Shown: positions 9,471 through 17,129 of the stretch, piece after piece | Layout of the letters: each line of letters begins with the position of its first letter | Position numbering within the stretch: the first letter of the stretch is position 1 | DNA from: Halomicronema hongdechloris C2206 | GTDB lineage: Bacteria; Cyanobacteriota; Cyanobacteriia; Phormidesmidales; Phormidesmidaceae | DNA length: 32,000 nucleotides | Assembly: GCF_002075285.3 (NCBI RefSeq) | Contig: NZ_CP021983.2 | Location: 1,500,001-1,532,000 of the forward strand | Direction of reading: 5' to 3' | Notes under the pieces: generated by a model | Seen by the model: only the letters and a program-made list of their open reading frames with translations | Databases searched by the model: none | Told to the model about the DNA's origin: nothing | Made by a program: the position numbers and the translations under genes

Positions 9471-9551
9471 TCATTAACGTTGGGCCGTTGCCAGGGTCAT
9501 TGGCTAAGCCTCCCCATAGGGGCTAGACCCATCGCATTGGTGCAGGCCCGA

Positions 9552-9908
9552 TTACGGCTGTGACAGCGTCAACAAAAAGGCCAGATTCTCCGTCGCTTTC
9601 AGGGCATGGGGGGCGTGGGCTGGCATCACAATAAACACTCCGGCCTCCAAGGGAATCTCTTCCCCGACTAAGGTTAAGCTGCCTTGGCCGGCTAATCCTT
9701 GTACTACCGCATTACAGGTGGAGGTATGTTCTGAAATTTCGGTGCCTGCCGCCAGACAAAACAGCGTGTACTGGCAGCTGTCAGTGTTTAGCAGTACCTT
9801 GCTGAGCACACCCGATTGGGGATATTCGATATGGGCCTGTAGGTGGGTGTGGGTAGCGGTGAGGGAGAGGAGAGTATTAGCCATGGTAGTACGTGTGAAA
9901 CGGGACAA
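9552..9908 (-). CDS. Cupin-domain protein
   Basis: 118 aa. GTEISEHTSTCNAVVQGLAGQGSLTLVGEEIPLEAGVFIVMPAHAPHALKA matches the two-motif cupin pattern G-x5-H-x-H... / ...P-x3-H-x3-N-like. Confidence 0.7.
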   Translation of the reverse strand: MSRFTRTTMANTLLSLTATHTHLQAHIEYPQSGVLSKVLLNTDSCQYTLFCLAAGTEISEHTSTCNAVVQGLAGQGSLTLVGEEIPLEAGVFIVMPAHAPHALKATENLAFLLTLSQP

Positions 9909-9967
9909 GGAATGAGTCGGGGAGTCGGAGAGTGGTAGGGGCGGCTTCGCCCTGCTTAACTATCCCG

Positions 9968-10795
9968 CTATTCCCCAGCCTGCGCTTTCTTGGCGCCCAG
10001 GACAATGTAGCCTAACTCTTGGCGATGGCGGGTGAAGACACGGCGCATCTCCAGGATGCGCCGGCGTAGGATCGGGCGGGTGAGGAGGTTCCAGCCTAAC
10101 CTCAGGAGTGTGGCCAGCCCTTCTTCTTGGGCAATGCGGCGGGGATTGAGCAGGGCCATGGGGCCGGTGTCGTATTGCTCAATGGCGAGGCCAGCCTGTC
10201 GGCAGGTGGTGAGCCAGTCGTCGGTGCATAGGGGCTGGGCATTAACGCGGATGGTAGCGGCTAGTTCGCGCTGGATGGCGACGGCATCAGGACCGTCGAC
10301 CACCAGTTCGTGGCTGAGAAACTGTCCACCCGGTTTGATGCGATCGCATATGCCCTGCAAGATCTTGGCCTTGCCTGGGGCCGACTGCATGGTTAAAATC
10401 GCCTCGGCTAACACATAGTCAAACGAGTCAGAAATCTGCTCTAGGTGGAAAATGTCGCCCTCCAGGATCTGGACAGCATCCTCCACGCCAGCGGCGGTCA
10501 CGTTAGCCCGGGCCCGGGCCACACTGTCGGGATTTTTTTCCACGCCAACCACGGTCACACCATAGCGCTGGGCCAGAGCAATGGCGCTATAGCCAAAGCT
10601 AGCCGCTAGTTCCAGGACGGTGTCACCAGGTTGAAAGTTGGCCCAGGCAAAGAGCTGTTCAGTGGCTGCTCGACCACCAGGGCGTAGGGTTTGCTTCCCT
10701 GCTGCTGCCAATACCTGATGGCCGGGGGCAGTCTTGAGATTGAGGGGTGTCACGGTCATGGCCTTCACCAGGAGACGATGATCTAAGCTTGACAA
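9968..10795 (-). CDS. Class I SAM-dependent methyltransferase
   Basis: VLELAASFGYSAIALAQRYGVTVVGVEKNPDSVARARANV (motif I plus the acidic post-I residue), ILEGDIF and DYVLAEAIL. The 10795 start is TTG. The ATG at 10759 (MTVTPLNLK) is the more likely start. Confidence 0.85.
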   Translation of the reverse strand: MSSLDHRLLVKAMTVTPLNLKTAPGHQVLAAAGKQTLRPGGRAATEQLFAWANFQPGDTVLELAASFGYSAIALAQRYGVTVVGVEKNPDSVARARANVTAAGVEDAVQILEGDIFHLEQISDSFDYVLAEAILTMQSAPGKAKILQGICDRIKPGGQFLSHELVVDGPDAVAIQRELAATIRVNAQPLCTDDWLTTCRQAGLAIEQYDTGPMALLNPRRIAQEEGLATLLRLGWNLLTRPILRRRILEMRRVFTRHRQELGYIVLGAKKAQAGE

Positions 10796-10889
10796 ACATT
10801 CTCAATAGGCTCTATGAGGTAGCTCATACTGGGGCTAGCGACAATACCAGAAGCTATGCAACAGGTCTGTCGATCCATTCAGCTTAACG

Positions 10890-11618
10890 ATGTCTCGCCT
10901 AATTGACGCCGAACGGCTGCAGCGCATTGGGTTGTTTGCGGAGTTGGAGCCGTCGCTACTGGACTACTTAGCCGCCCAAAGTCAGCTGCTGACATATGCC
11001 CCCAACGAAAGTGTGTTTTATGAAGGGGATGCCTTACCAGCCTGTCTGTATCTGCTGGTGACCGGGAGCTTGCGTATTGCCAAGGTCGCCGACTCAGGCA
11101 AGGAGACCATTTTGCGACTGCTGCCTGCTGGAGAAGTGTTTGCCGCCCCCGCCCTGTTTGGCAATGGGCGAGCCCCAGCCACGGCGACGGCCATAGAGCC
11201 GGTCGAGGTGCTGACCGTGCAGCGGCAAGCCCTGCTAGAGGGGTTCCGTCAGGCCCCTGAGTTGGCATTGCATCTGTTAGTGGTGTTTAACCAGCGGTTG
11301 CAGCAACTGCATCATCGCGTGCATGGGCTGGCCTCAGAGCGAGCCATCGTGCGCTTGATTCACTACCTGGAACATTGCGCTGCCAACGCCGGCTTAGGAC
11401 CAGAACGGGAAGGAGAACCCAACCAGGCCGGTACACAATCCTTGCACCTCACCCATTACCAGATTGCCCGCAGCATCGGCATTACCTATGAAGAATGCGT
11501 GCGCCTATTTAAGCAGCTGAAACCTGCCGTCTCGTATCGGCGCGGTGGCAACGTTACCATCCTAGACTGGCAGCAGTTGCACGACATCGCCCAGCGCCAA
11601 TCTGAGGGAACGCTGTGA
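10890..11618 (+). CDS. Crp/Fnr-family transcriptional regulator
   Basis: The N-terminus is a cNMP-binding-like beta-roll (LFAELEPSLLDYLA...YEGDALPACLYLLVTGSLRIAKVADSGKETILRLLPAGEVFAAPALF). The C-terminus is an HTH (LTHYQIARSIGITYEECVRLFKQLK). It is divergent from the methyltransferase gene. Confidence 0.85.
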   Translation: MSRLIDAERLQRIGLFAELEPSLLDYLAAQSQLLTYAPNESVFYEGDALPACLYLLVTGSLRIAKVADSGKETILRLLPAGEVFAAPALFGNGRAPATATAIEPVEVLTVQRQALLEGFRQAPELALHLLVVFNQRLQQLHHRVHGLASERAIVRLIHYLEHCAANAGLGPEREGEPNQAGTQSLHLTHYQIARSIGITYEECVRLFKQLKPAVSYRRGGNVTILDWQQLHDIAQRQSEGTL

Positions 11619-11777
11619 ATCGGTACGACACCCTCTACAAGGCAAGGCCCGATTGGGAGCCCATTGGACCCTGATTGATGGCCAGCTTGCCTGTCAGTGG
11701 ATGGTTGACTGATGCCCCGGCGACAGTTGAATTGAGACGACCGTCGAGATTGGCATATTCCTCCTATTACCCCTACG

Positions 11778-11804
11778 CCCCCGGCCATGGCCGGGGGATT
11801 TTTG
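11778..11804 (+). terminator. Putative intrinsic terminator: perfect 20-nt palindrome followed by a T-run
   Basis: CCCCCGGCCATGGCCGGGGG (11778-11797) is its own reverse complement and is followed by ATTTTTG. It lies about 160 nt downstream of the Crp/Fnr stop codon. There is no T-run on the opposite strand. Confidence 0.5.
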
Positions 11805-11931
11805 ATGGCAGGGGATTGGTGTCGCTTCGGTAGGGGCTGCAAATTGGCTATCCCGACCATGCCTACCTGGTAAATTTTGAGCCATCATAGAGACAGGAGA
11901 GGAGCGGACAACGTCATGTTGCCCGTTCAAT

Positions 11932-13166
11932 GTGTTTTGTATGGTTCCCACCGACTCTCCCGCGACGTCGTCCCCTGCCTCGTTTCGGCAGCCAGGGCTG
12001 CACCGGTTCAAGGCCTTACTCAATCGATTGCGGCGCCGCACCCGCCGCTTTCTAACGGCCCATACCTTACCCCGCCTGGCAGATCGAGCCTGTCGGCTGT
12101 ATTGCCAAGGGGATGCCCAGGATAAGTGTCGGCGTTTGATGCGATCGCACATCCAGATCGATCCGCTGCAACTGCGTCGATTTTTTAGCACCTCCCTGGG
12201 CACCACCCTGTTGTCCTGGTTTGAGGAATTCTTTCATCTGCCGGCAGCCCAGGCTAGTCACGATAAAGAAGCGACAGTGGGTAACCTGCTGGTGCAGATG
12301 ATGGCAGACCCGGAGGGGGTGTCCCTGCTCACCCTGATGCGTCGCTTCCCCAAGACCGTGCAGATTAACCTGGACCAGTTACTGCTGACGGCTAAGCGGG
12401 TACAGCTGCTGCTGCAGGAAACCGAAGCCACCATCGATACCATTCGCGAGCTAGCAGCCATTGAGGCGGCGGCAGACCCCCCCGCGACCTTTGCCTCAGT
12501 CCCCGATCTACGGCAACCTGGTCCCTTCGCCATCGAGCAATCTACCCTGACGGTCGATCAGGGCGATGGAGACTGCCGCTGCTGCTTGCAGGTGGTCTGC
12601 TACCGGCCCCAGCCCCTGGCCCGGGAGTCCCGTACCCCTGGTGCTGCAATCCCATGGCCTCGCCTCCAGCCCAGAAGACCTGGAGAGCTATAGCCGTCAT
12701 CTGGCTTCCCACGGCTACTTCGTGGCCGTTCCCTGCCATGGTGGCAGCGATGTCAATCAGGTCCGGGCCATGCTGGCTGAGAACGGCCCACCGCTACCTA
12801 GCGGTGATGCATGGTCGCTCCCACATCCGCGATATGCAGCGCTTGATCCGGGGCCTGAATCTGAAGCTGCAAGGGCTGCCCCAGCTGCCTGCGAGCCAGG
12901 CGGAGACCCCCTTCGAGGGCTATACCAATGCCCTGATCCTGGCCTTTTTTCAGCAGTATTTGACGCCAATGGCTGCCCCGTCTTCCTACCTCAGGGCCAG
13001 TTATGCCGCCCACCTCAGTCAACCACCCTGCGATCTCTGGTTGATTGGCCCCGCCTCCGGCCAGGCCCTGGCGGAACGGCTGCAGGCTCTGGATTTGAGT
13101 CTGGTGACGGAGTTGATGGAATTCACGGCAGCCGCCGCCGATGACATCGAAAAGACGGGTGGTTGA
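11932..13166 (+). pseudogene. Decayed DUF1400 + dienelactone-hydrolase-type alpha/beta hydrolase gene (two frame changes and an internal deletion)
   Basis: Homology runs through three frames. Frame 1 holds DUF1400-like FSTSLGTTLLSWF...MADPEGVSLLTLMRRFPKTVQINLDQLLL...VPDLRQPGPFAIEQSTLTV. Frame 2 holds PLVLQSHGLASSPEDLESYSRHLASHGYFVAVPCHGGSDVNQVRAML. Frame 3 holds RYLAVMHGRSH...EGYTNALILAFFQQYL...YLRASYAAHLSQPP. The GHSxGG nucleophile region expected between the frame-2 and frame-3 blocks is missing. Confidence 0.6.
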
Positions 13167-14128
13167 GGCATAGCGGCAGCGTAGTGAACGATTGGAGGGA
13201 CCGGATCATGGGCCACGGTGAAGGGCGATTCAGCGGCGCGGATGGACTAGAGCTGTACTATCAGAGTTGGTATCCGGCCCCACCCATGCAGGCGGTTGTC
13301 GGGGTGGTACATGGCCTGGGCAGCCACGGCGGCCAGTTTACAACCGTGGTAGAGGGTCTGGTGACCGCTGGCTATGGCGTGTATGCCCTCGATCTGCGGG
13401 GCCACGGGCGCTCTCCCGGGCAGCGAGGATATATCCAGAGCTGGGGGGAATTCCGCCAGGATGTGCAGGCGTTCCAGCAGCGGATGGCCGCCTATCATCC
13501 TCAGCTTCCCTGTTTTCTATTGGGCCATAGCCTGGGGGCGATTATCCTGCTAGATCATGGCCTCCACTCTCCCCGGTTGTGGGTGGCAGATCCTAGCCTG
13601 GGCCGCCTGGGGGGCGTGATTGTCCTGGCCCCGGCCATCGGCCCGGTGGGGGTGTCGCCCTTGAAACTAGCTATTGGTAAGATCCTGTCCTGGTTATGGC
13701 CCCGCTTCACCCTGGATACCGGTATTCCGGAAGAGGCTGGCTCCCAGGATGCGGCGGTGGTGGCTGCCTACAGCGAGGATCCGCTGCGCCACCGCAAGGG
13801 CACGGCTCGCCTAGTGACGGAATTTATGCAGACGACTCAATGCCTACGGACGGATGTGAGGTGTTTTCCGGTACCATTGCTGATTTTGCAGGGTAGCCAA
13901 GACCGGGTAGCTCTGCCCCAGGGGAGTCGGCGGTTCTACCAGCAGCTGCAGTGGGGTGATGTGGAGTATCGAGAATATGCTGGCGCCTACCATGATCTGC
14001 ATAATGACGTCGTGGCAACTCAGGTAACGGCCGATATTTTGGAGTGGCTGGGGCGCCATCGCGGCATGCAACCCTGGTGTTATCGTCCCAATCTGTGCGA
14101 CCTAACCCGGTCCCGGGAAATAGGTTAG
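13163..14128 (+). CDS. Alpha/beta hydrolase, lysophospholipase / monoacylglycerol-lipase-like
   Basis: VGVVHGLGSHGGQFTTVVEGLVTAGYGVYALDLRGHGRS, nucleophile elbow LLGHSLGAI, and C-terminal AGAYHDLHND (catalytic His). The 13163 start is TTG. The ATG at 13208, preceded by GGAGGGA, is the more likely start. Confidence 0.85.
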   Translation: MRHSGSVVNDWRDRIMGHGEGRFSGADGLELYYQSWYPAPPMQAVVGVVHGLGSHGGQFTTVVEGLVTAGYGVYALDLRGHGRSPGQRGYIQSWGEFRQDVQAFQQRMAAYHPQLPCFLLGHSLGAIILLDHGLHSPRLWVADPSLGRLGGVIVLAPAIGPVGVSPLKLAIGKILSWLWPRFTLDTGIPEEAGSQDAAVVAAYSEDPLRHRKGTARLVTEFMQTTQCLRTDVRCFPVPLLILQGSQDRVALPQGSRRFYQQLQWGDVEYREYAGAYHDLHNDVVATQVTADILEWLGRHRGMQPWCYRPNLCDLTRSREIG

Positions 14129-14658
14129 CAATAACTACAAAGGAGTGCTGGGATTTCGACACCTAGTCGGTAGCTAATAGATACTAATGTTGGTGAGGCC
14201 ATCCAATTTGATTGGCTGGGGATAACTGTAAATGTACTGGGATGGGGAATAGACCGATACTATAATTTCAGCCCTTTACGCGGCTGGCTATCTCCATCGA
14301 AACCTGAAGAACCGTTAGAAAACTTCGTATTGACAAGAATGTTGACTGCGATCCCCAGGGAGTAATGGGTAGCCAAAACCCTATAAAAATAGGGATCCCG
14401 ACCGTTGGTTGTTAATTTTAGTTGTTACAAAAGTTGTTTGCGATACATGTCGATTGTGGGTGAGGTCAAGACGAGAAAGCTATACTAAAACTTAGAAGAA
14501 AAAGCCATCTATCTACATTATTCCAGGGCTTTTATTGCCGTATTAACGGATGCATTGAGGGATGTACTGAGGGATTTATCTCTCGACTTATAACCTGAAC
14601 AAATCCGATCAAAATGCCTGGAAAGGCTCCAATTCTAGAGCCGGACTTGGCATTACTC

Positions 14659-14686
14659 TTGTCTGGATTAGATTGTCTGGATTAGA
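14659..14686. repeat. Perfect tandem duplication of a 14-mer (TTGTCTGGATTAGA x2)
   Basis: Read directly: 14659-14672 and 14673-14686 are identical. Related half-motifs are TGCCTGGATAT at 14701 and TTGTCTGGGG at 15008. Confidence 0.9.
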
Positions 14687-14721
14687 GCTGATTTGCGAAT
14701 TGCCTGGATATTTCTCAGGGC

Positions 14722-14749
14722 ATAGATTTCAGGAGATAGATTTCAGGAG
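14722..14749. repeat. Perfect tandem duplication of a second 14-mer (ATAGATTTCAGGAG x2), followed by an imperfect 9-mer tandem
   Basis: Read directly: 14722-14735 and 14736-14749 are identical. Immediately after comes ACGGCAGCA/ACGGTAGCA (14751-14768). Confidence 0.9.
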
Positions 14750-14993
14750 AACGGCAGCAACGGTAGCAATTGATGTGAGCGTGCTGAAAAGGTAAGAGCG
14801 CTGGAATTCTGAATAGACCTGGCGCTGCAGTCTGCTTGAAATTGAGACATCCCATAGACCTGTGCTTGTGATGGGTGGTTTCCCCGATGCATCATCGCAT
14901 CCGGGGCTGATGTCGGTCGCAGTCGTCACTCTTTAACCTTGTCTACGTCCAAATCTGGACTTGGTATGGTTCGCTCCTCTCCCGGTTCGTTAT

Positions 14994-15014
14994 CAGACAA
15001 GGCGGCGTTGTCTG
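14994..15014. promoter_or_regulatory. Inverted repeat CAGACAA-N7-TTGTCTG upstream of the acyl-CoA synthetase gene (candidate operator)
   Basis: 7-bp perfect arms with spacer GGCGGCG, 43 nt upstream of the ATG at 15057. The arm sequence is the same TTGTCTG core as the tandem 14-mer at 14659-14686. Function is inferred only. Confidence 0.25.
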
Positions 15015-15056
15015 GGGCGACATGCATCGACCCATTGAGTCTGAGGTGATTGCCCC

Positions 15057-17123
15057 ATGGTCTCTGTCCCAACCATCTACTTTGCGTCCCTGCCGCCGGG
15101 GGATCTAATGAAAGCGATGACCTTGCTAGACCTGTTAGATCGAGCCTGCGATCGCACCCCCCATGATCAGGCCATCGGCCACTGGCAGCAGGGAGCCTGG
15201 CGGTTCCTGTCTAATCAGGCCCTGCGTACCGCTGCCGAAGAGGTGGCGTTGGGGTTGCACCAGGTGGGGCTACAGCGAGGAGACCGGGTGGCCCTGGTCA
15301 TGCACAGCCATGTCGACTTTGCGATCGCAGATCTAGGCTGTCTGCTGGCCGGGGTGGTGGACGTGCCCATCGACTTGACCCAGACCATCGAAAACATCCT
15401 GTTCATTGTGCAACATACCGAGGCCAAGGCCCTAATTATCTCGGACTTGGACCTGCTATATCAGCTGTTGCCCTACGTCTGGGAAGCCCCCAGTCTGCAA
15501 ACGGTGGTGGTGGCCCAGGTGCCGGAACCATGGGGGGAGGTGCGGCGGGGATTAATGGCAGCGGGAGACGGGGCTGATATTGGGCCGCTGCCGCCGCCAC
15601 AAGCCTGCTTGCAGATTCCCCACTTCCTCTGCGATAGCCAAGGGGGGCAGCCCTGTGCGGCGGTGCCATTACCCCAGTGCGTAAGCCTATATGCCCTGAA
15701 AGAGCTGCGGCAGTGGGGGCGCCAAACCTGGTCCCAGCAGGCAGTGATCAGCCTACGCCAGGCCATCCATCCTGAGGATGTGGCCACCATTCTCTACATC
15801 GCCAGCGACGGCTGGCGGCCCCACGGAGTAGTGCTCAGCCATGGCAATATCACTGCCAATGTGCTGGCGGCATTCTCCAGCTATCCGGATCTGCGCCCTG
15901 GTCCAGACGAGGTGGCACTACTGTTTCTGCCCCTGACCCACATTTTTGCCCGGGTATTTTTGTATGGTCACTTAGCCTATGGTCACAGCATTTATCTGTC
16001 CGATGCCAACCATTTGCTGAAACATCTGCGGCGGGTACAGCCCACCATTTTGATCACGGTGCCGCGGCTGTTGGAGAAACTGCACGAGCGCATTCTGGAG
16101 GCAGGCACCCACTTGGGTCGTTTCGATCAGGCGGTGTTGCGCTGGGCCCTGGGCCTGGGGCGACGGTTTCAGCCGGGGCAATCGCCCCAGGGACTCTATC
16201 GTCTGCAGTTGCAATTAGCCACGCGGTTGGTCTTTCATCGCTGGCGGATGTTGTTTGGCGGCCGCTTGCGGGCCTGCATCTGCGGCGGCGCTGCCCTGCG
16301 ACCAGAGCTGACCCGCCTATTTTCGGCGGCGGGAGTGCCAGTGCTGCAGGGCTATGGCCTCACAGAGGCGAGTGGGGTGCTGGCCTATAACCGCGGCCCC
16401 TACCAGCAGGCTGGTACCGTAGGGCTGCCGATTCCAGGGGCAGAGGTGGCCATCGGCGCCGATGGCGAGATCCTGGTGCGGGGGCCGTTTGTCATGCCGG
16501 GCTACTACCGGGATCCAGAAGCAACCGGCCAGGTCCTGGAGCCCGACGGCTGGCTGCATACGGGAGACTTAGGCAGCCTCTCCCCGGAGGGATTGCTCAC
16601 CATTACCGGGGTGAAAAAAGCCCGCTTCAAACTGTCTACCGGCAAGTATGTGTCGCCCCAGCCCTTGGAGGCCGAGATGATGCGATCGCAGCTGGTGGCC
16701 CATGCCATTGCCGTCGGCGCCAACCATAAGTTTTGCGGCATGTTGATTGTGCCAAATTGGGCCGTTCTCGCAGACCATGCCCAAGAGTGGGACCTGGATT
16801 TAAGCCAGCCCGATCGCTGTCGCCAGTCTCGCCTGCTCGGGATTTACCAGCGCCTGATCGATGCCGCTAACTGTCATCTACCCTACTGGTCTACAGTGCG
16901 CAGATTTCGGCTATTAGCGACCGAGTTGACCCGAGAAAACGGCCTGCTGCGGCCAGACGGCCAGGTAGACCGGCAGGCCGTCTGGAGACACTTTGCCACC
17001 GAGATTGCCGAGTTGTATGGGGACCAACCCATGCCTGAGGACCAGGCAGGAGATGAGATATCGACAGCAGATGCATCGACCCTCGGGGCCGAGCCTGTCC
17101 GGTGTATGCGCGAACATCGTTAA
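15057..17123 (+). CDS. Long-chain acyl-CoA synthetase-like AMP-dependent ligase (degenerate P-loop motif)
   Basis: Adenylate-forming core motifs are present: LFLPLTHIF, LQGYGLTEASGV, WLHTGDLG and GVKKARFKLSTGKYVSP. The expected YTSGTTGxPKG motif reads YIASDGWRPHG. The likely start is the ATG at 15108 (MKAMTLLDLLDRA), preceded by GGGGGA. Confidence 0.8.
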   Translation: MVSVPTIYFASLPPGDLMKAMTLLDLLDRACDRTPHDQAIGHWQQGAWRFLSNQALRTAAEEVALGLHQVGLQRGDRVALVMHSHVDFAIADLGCLLAGVVDVPIDLTQTIENILFIVQHTEAKALIISDLDLLYQLLPYVWEAPSLQTVVVAQVPEPWGEVRRGLMAAGDGADIGPLPPPQACLQIPHFLCDSQGGQPCAAVPLPQCVSLYALKELRQWGRQTWSQQAVISLRQAIHPEDVATILYIASDGWRPHGVVLSHGNITANVLAAFSSYPDLRPGPDEVALLFLPLTHIFARVFLYGHLAYGHSIYLSDANHLLKHLRRVQPTILITVPRLLEKLHERILEAGTHLGRFDQAVLRWALGLGRRFQPGQSPQGLYRLQLQLATRLVFHRWRMLFGGRLRACICGGAALRPELTRLFSAAGVPVLQGYGLTEASGVLAYNRGPYQQAGTVGLPIPGAEVAIGADGEILVRGPFVMPGYYRDPEATGQVLEPDGWLHTGDLGSLSPEGLLTITGVKKARFKLSTGKYVSPQPLEAEMMRSQLVAHAIAVGANHKFCGMLIVPNWAVLADHAQEWDLDLSQPDRCRQSRLLGIYQRLIDAANCHLPYWSTVRRFRLLATELTRENGLLRPDGQVDRQAVWRHFATEIAELYGDQPMPEDQAGDEISTADASTLGAEPVRCMREHR

Positions 17124-17129
17124 TGGGTC

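Noticed and set aside
11678-11833. A 51-codon ORF downstream of the Crp/Fnr gene.
   Set aside because: It reads straight through the 20-nt palindrome and T-run, and its composition is typical of a non-coding GC-rich frame.
12566-13166. ORFs 12566..13144 and 12654..13166 taken as two independent overlapping genes.
   Set aside because: Their recognisable motifs are consecutive parts of one hydrolase family and continue from ORF 11932..12693. One frameshifted pseudogene is the better explanation.
14659-14768. The short tandem repeats as a CRISPR array or a minisatellite-encoded peptide.
   Set aside because: There are only two copies of each 14-mer, with no spacers, no repeat-spacer periodicity and no cas genes. 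No ORF spans them.
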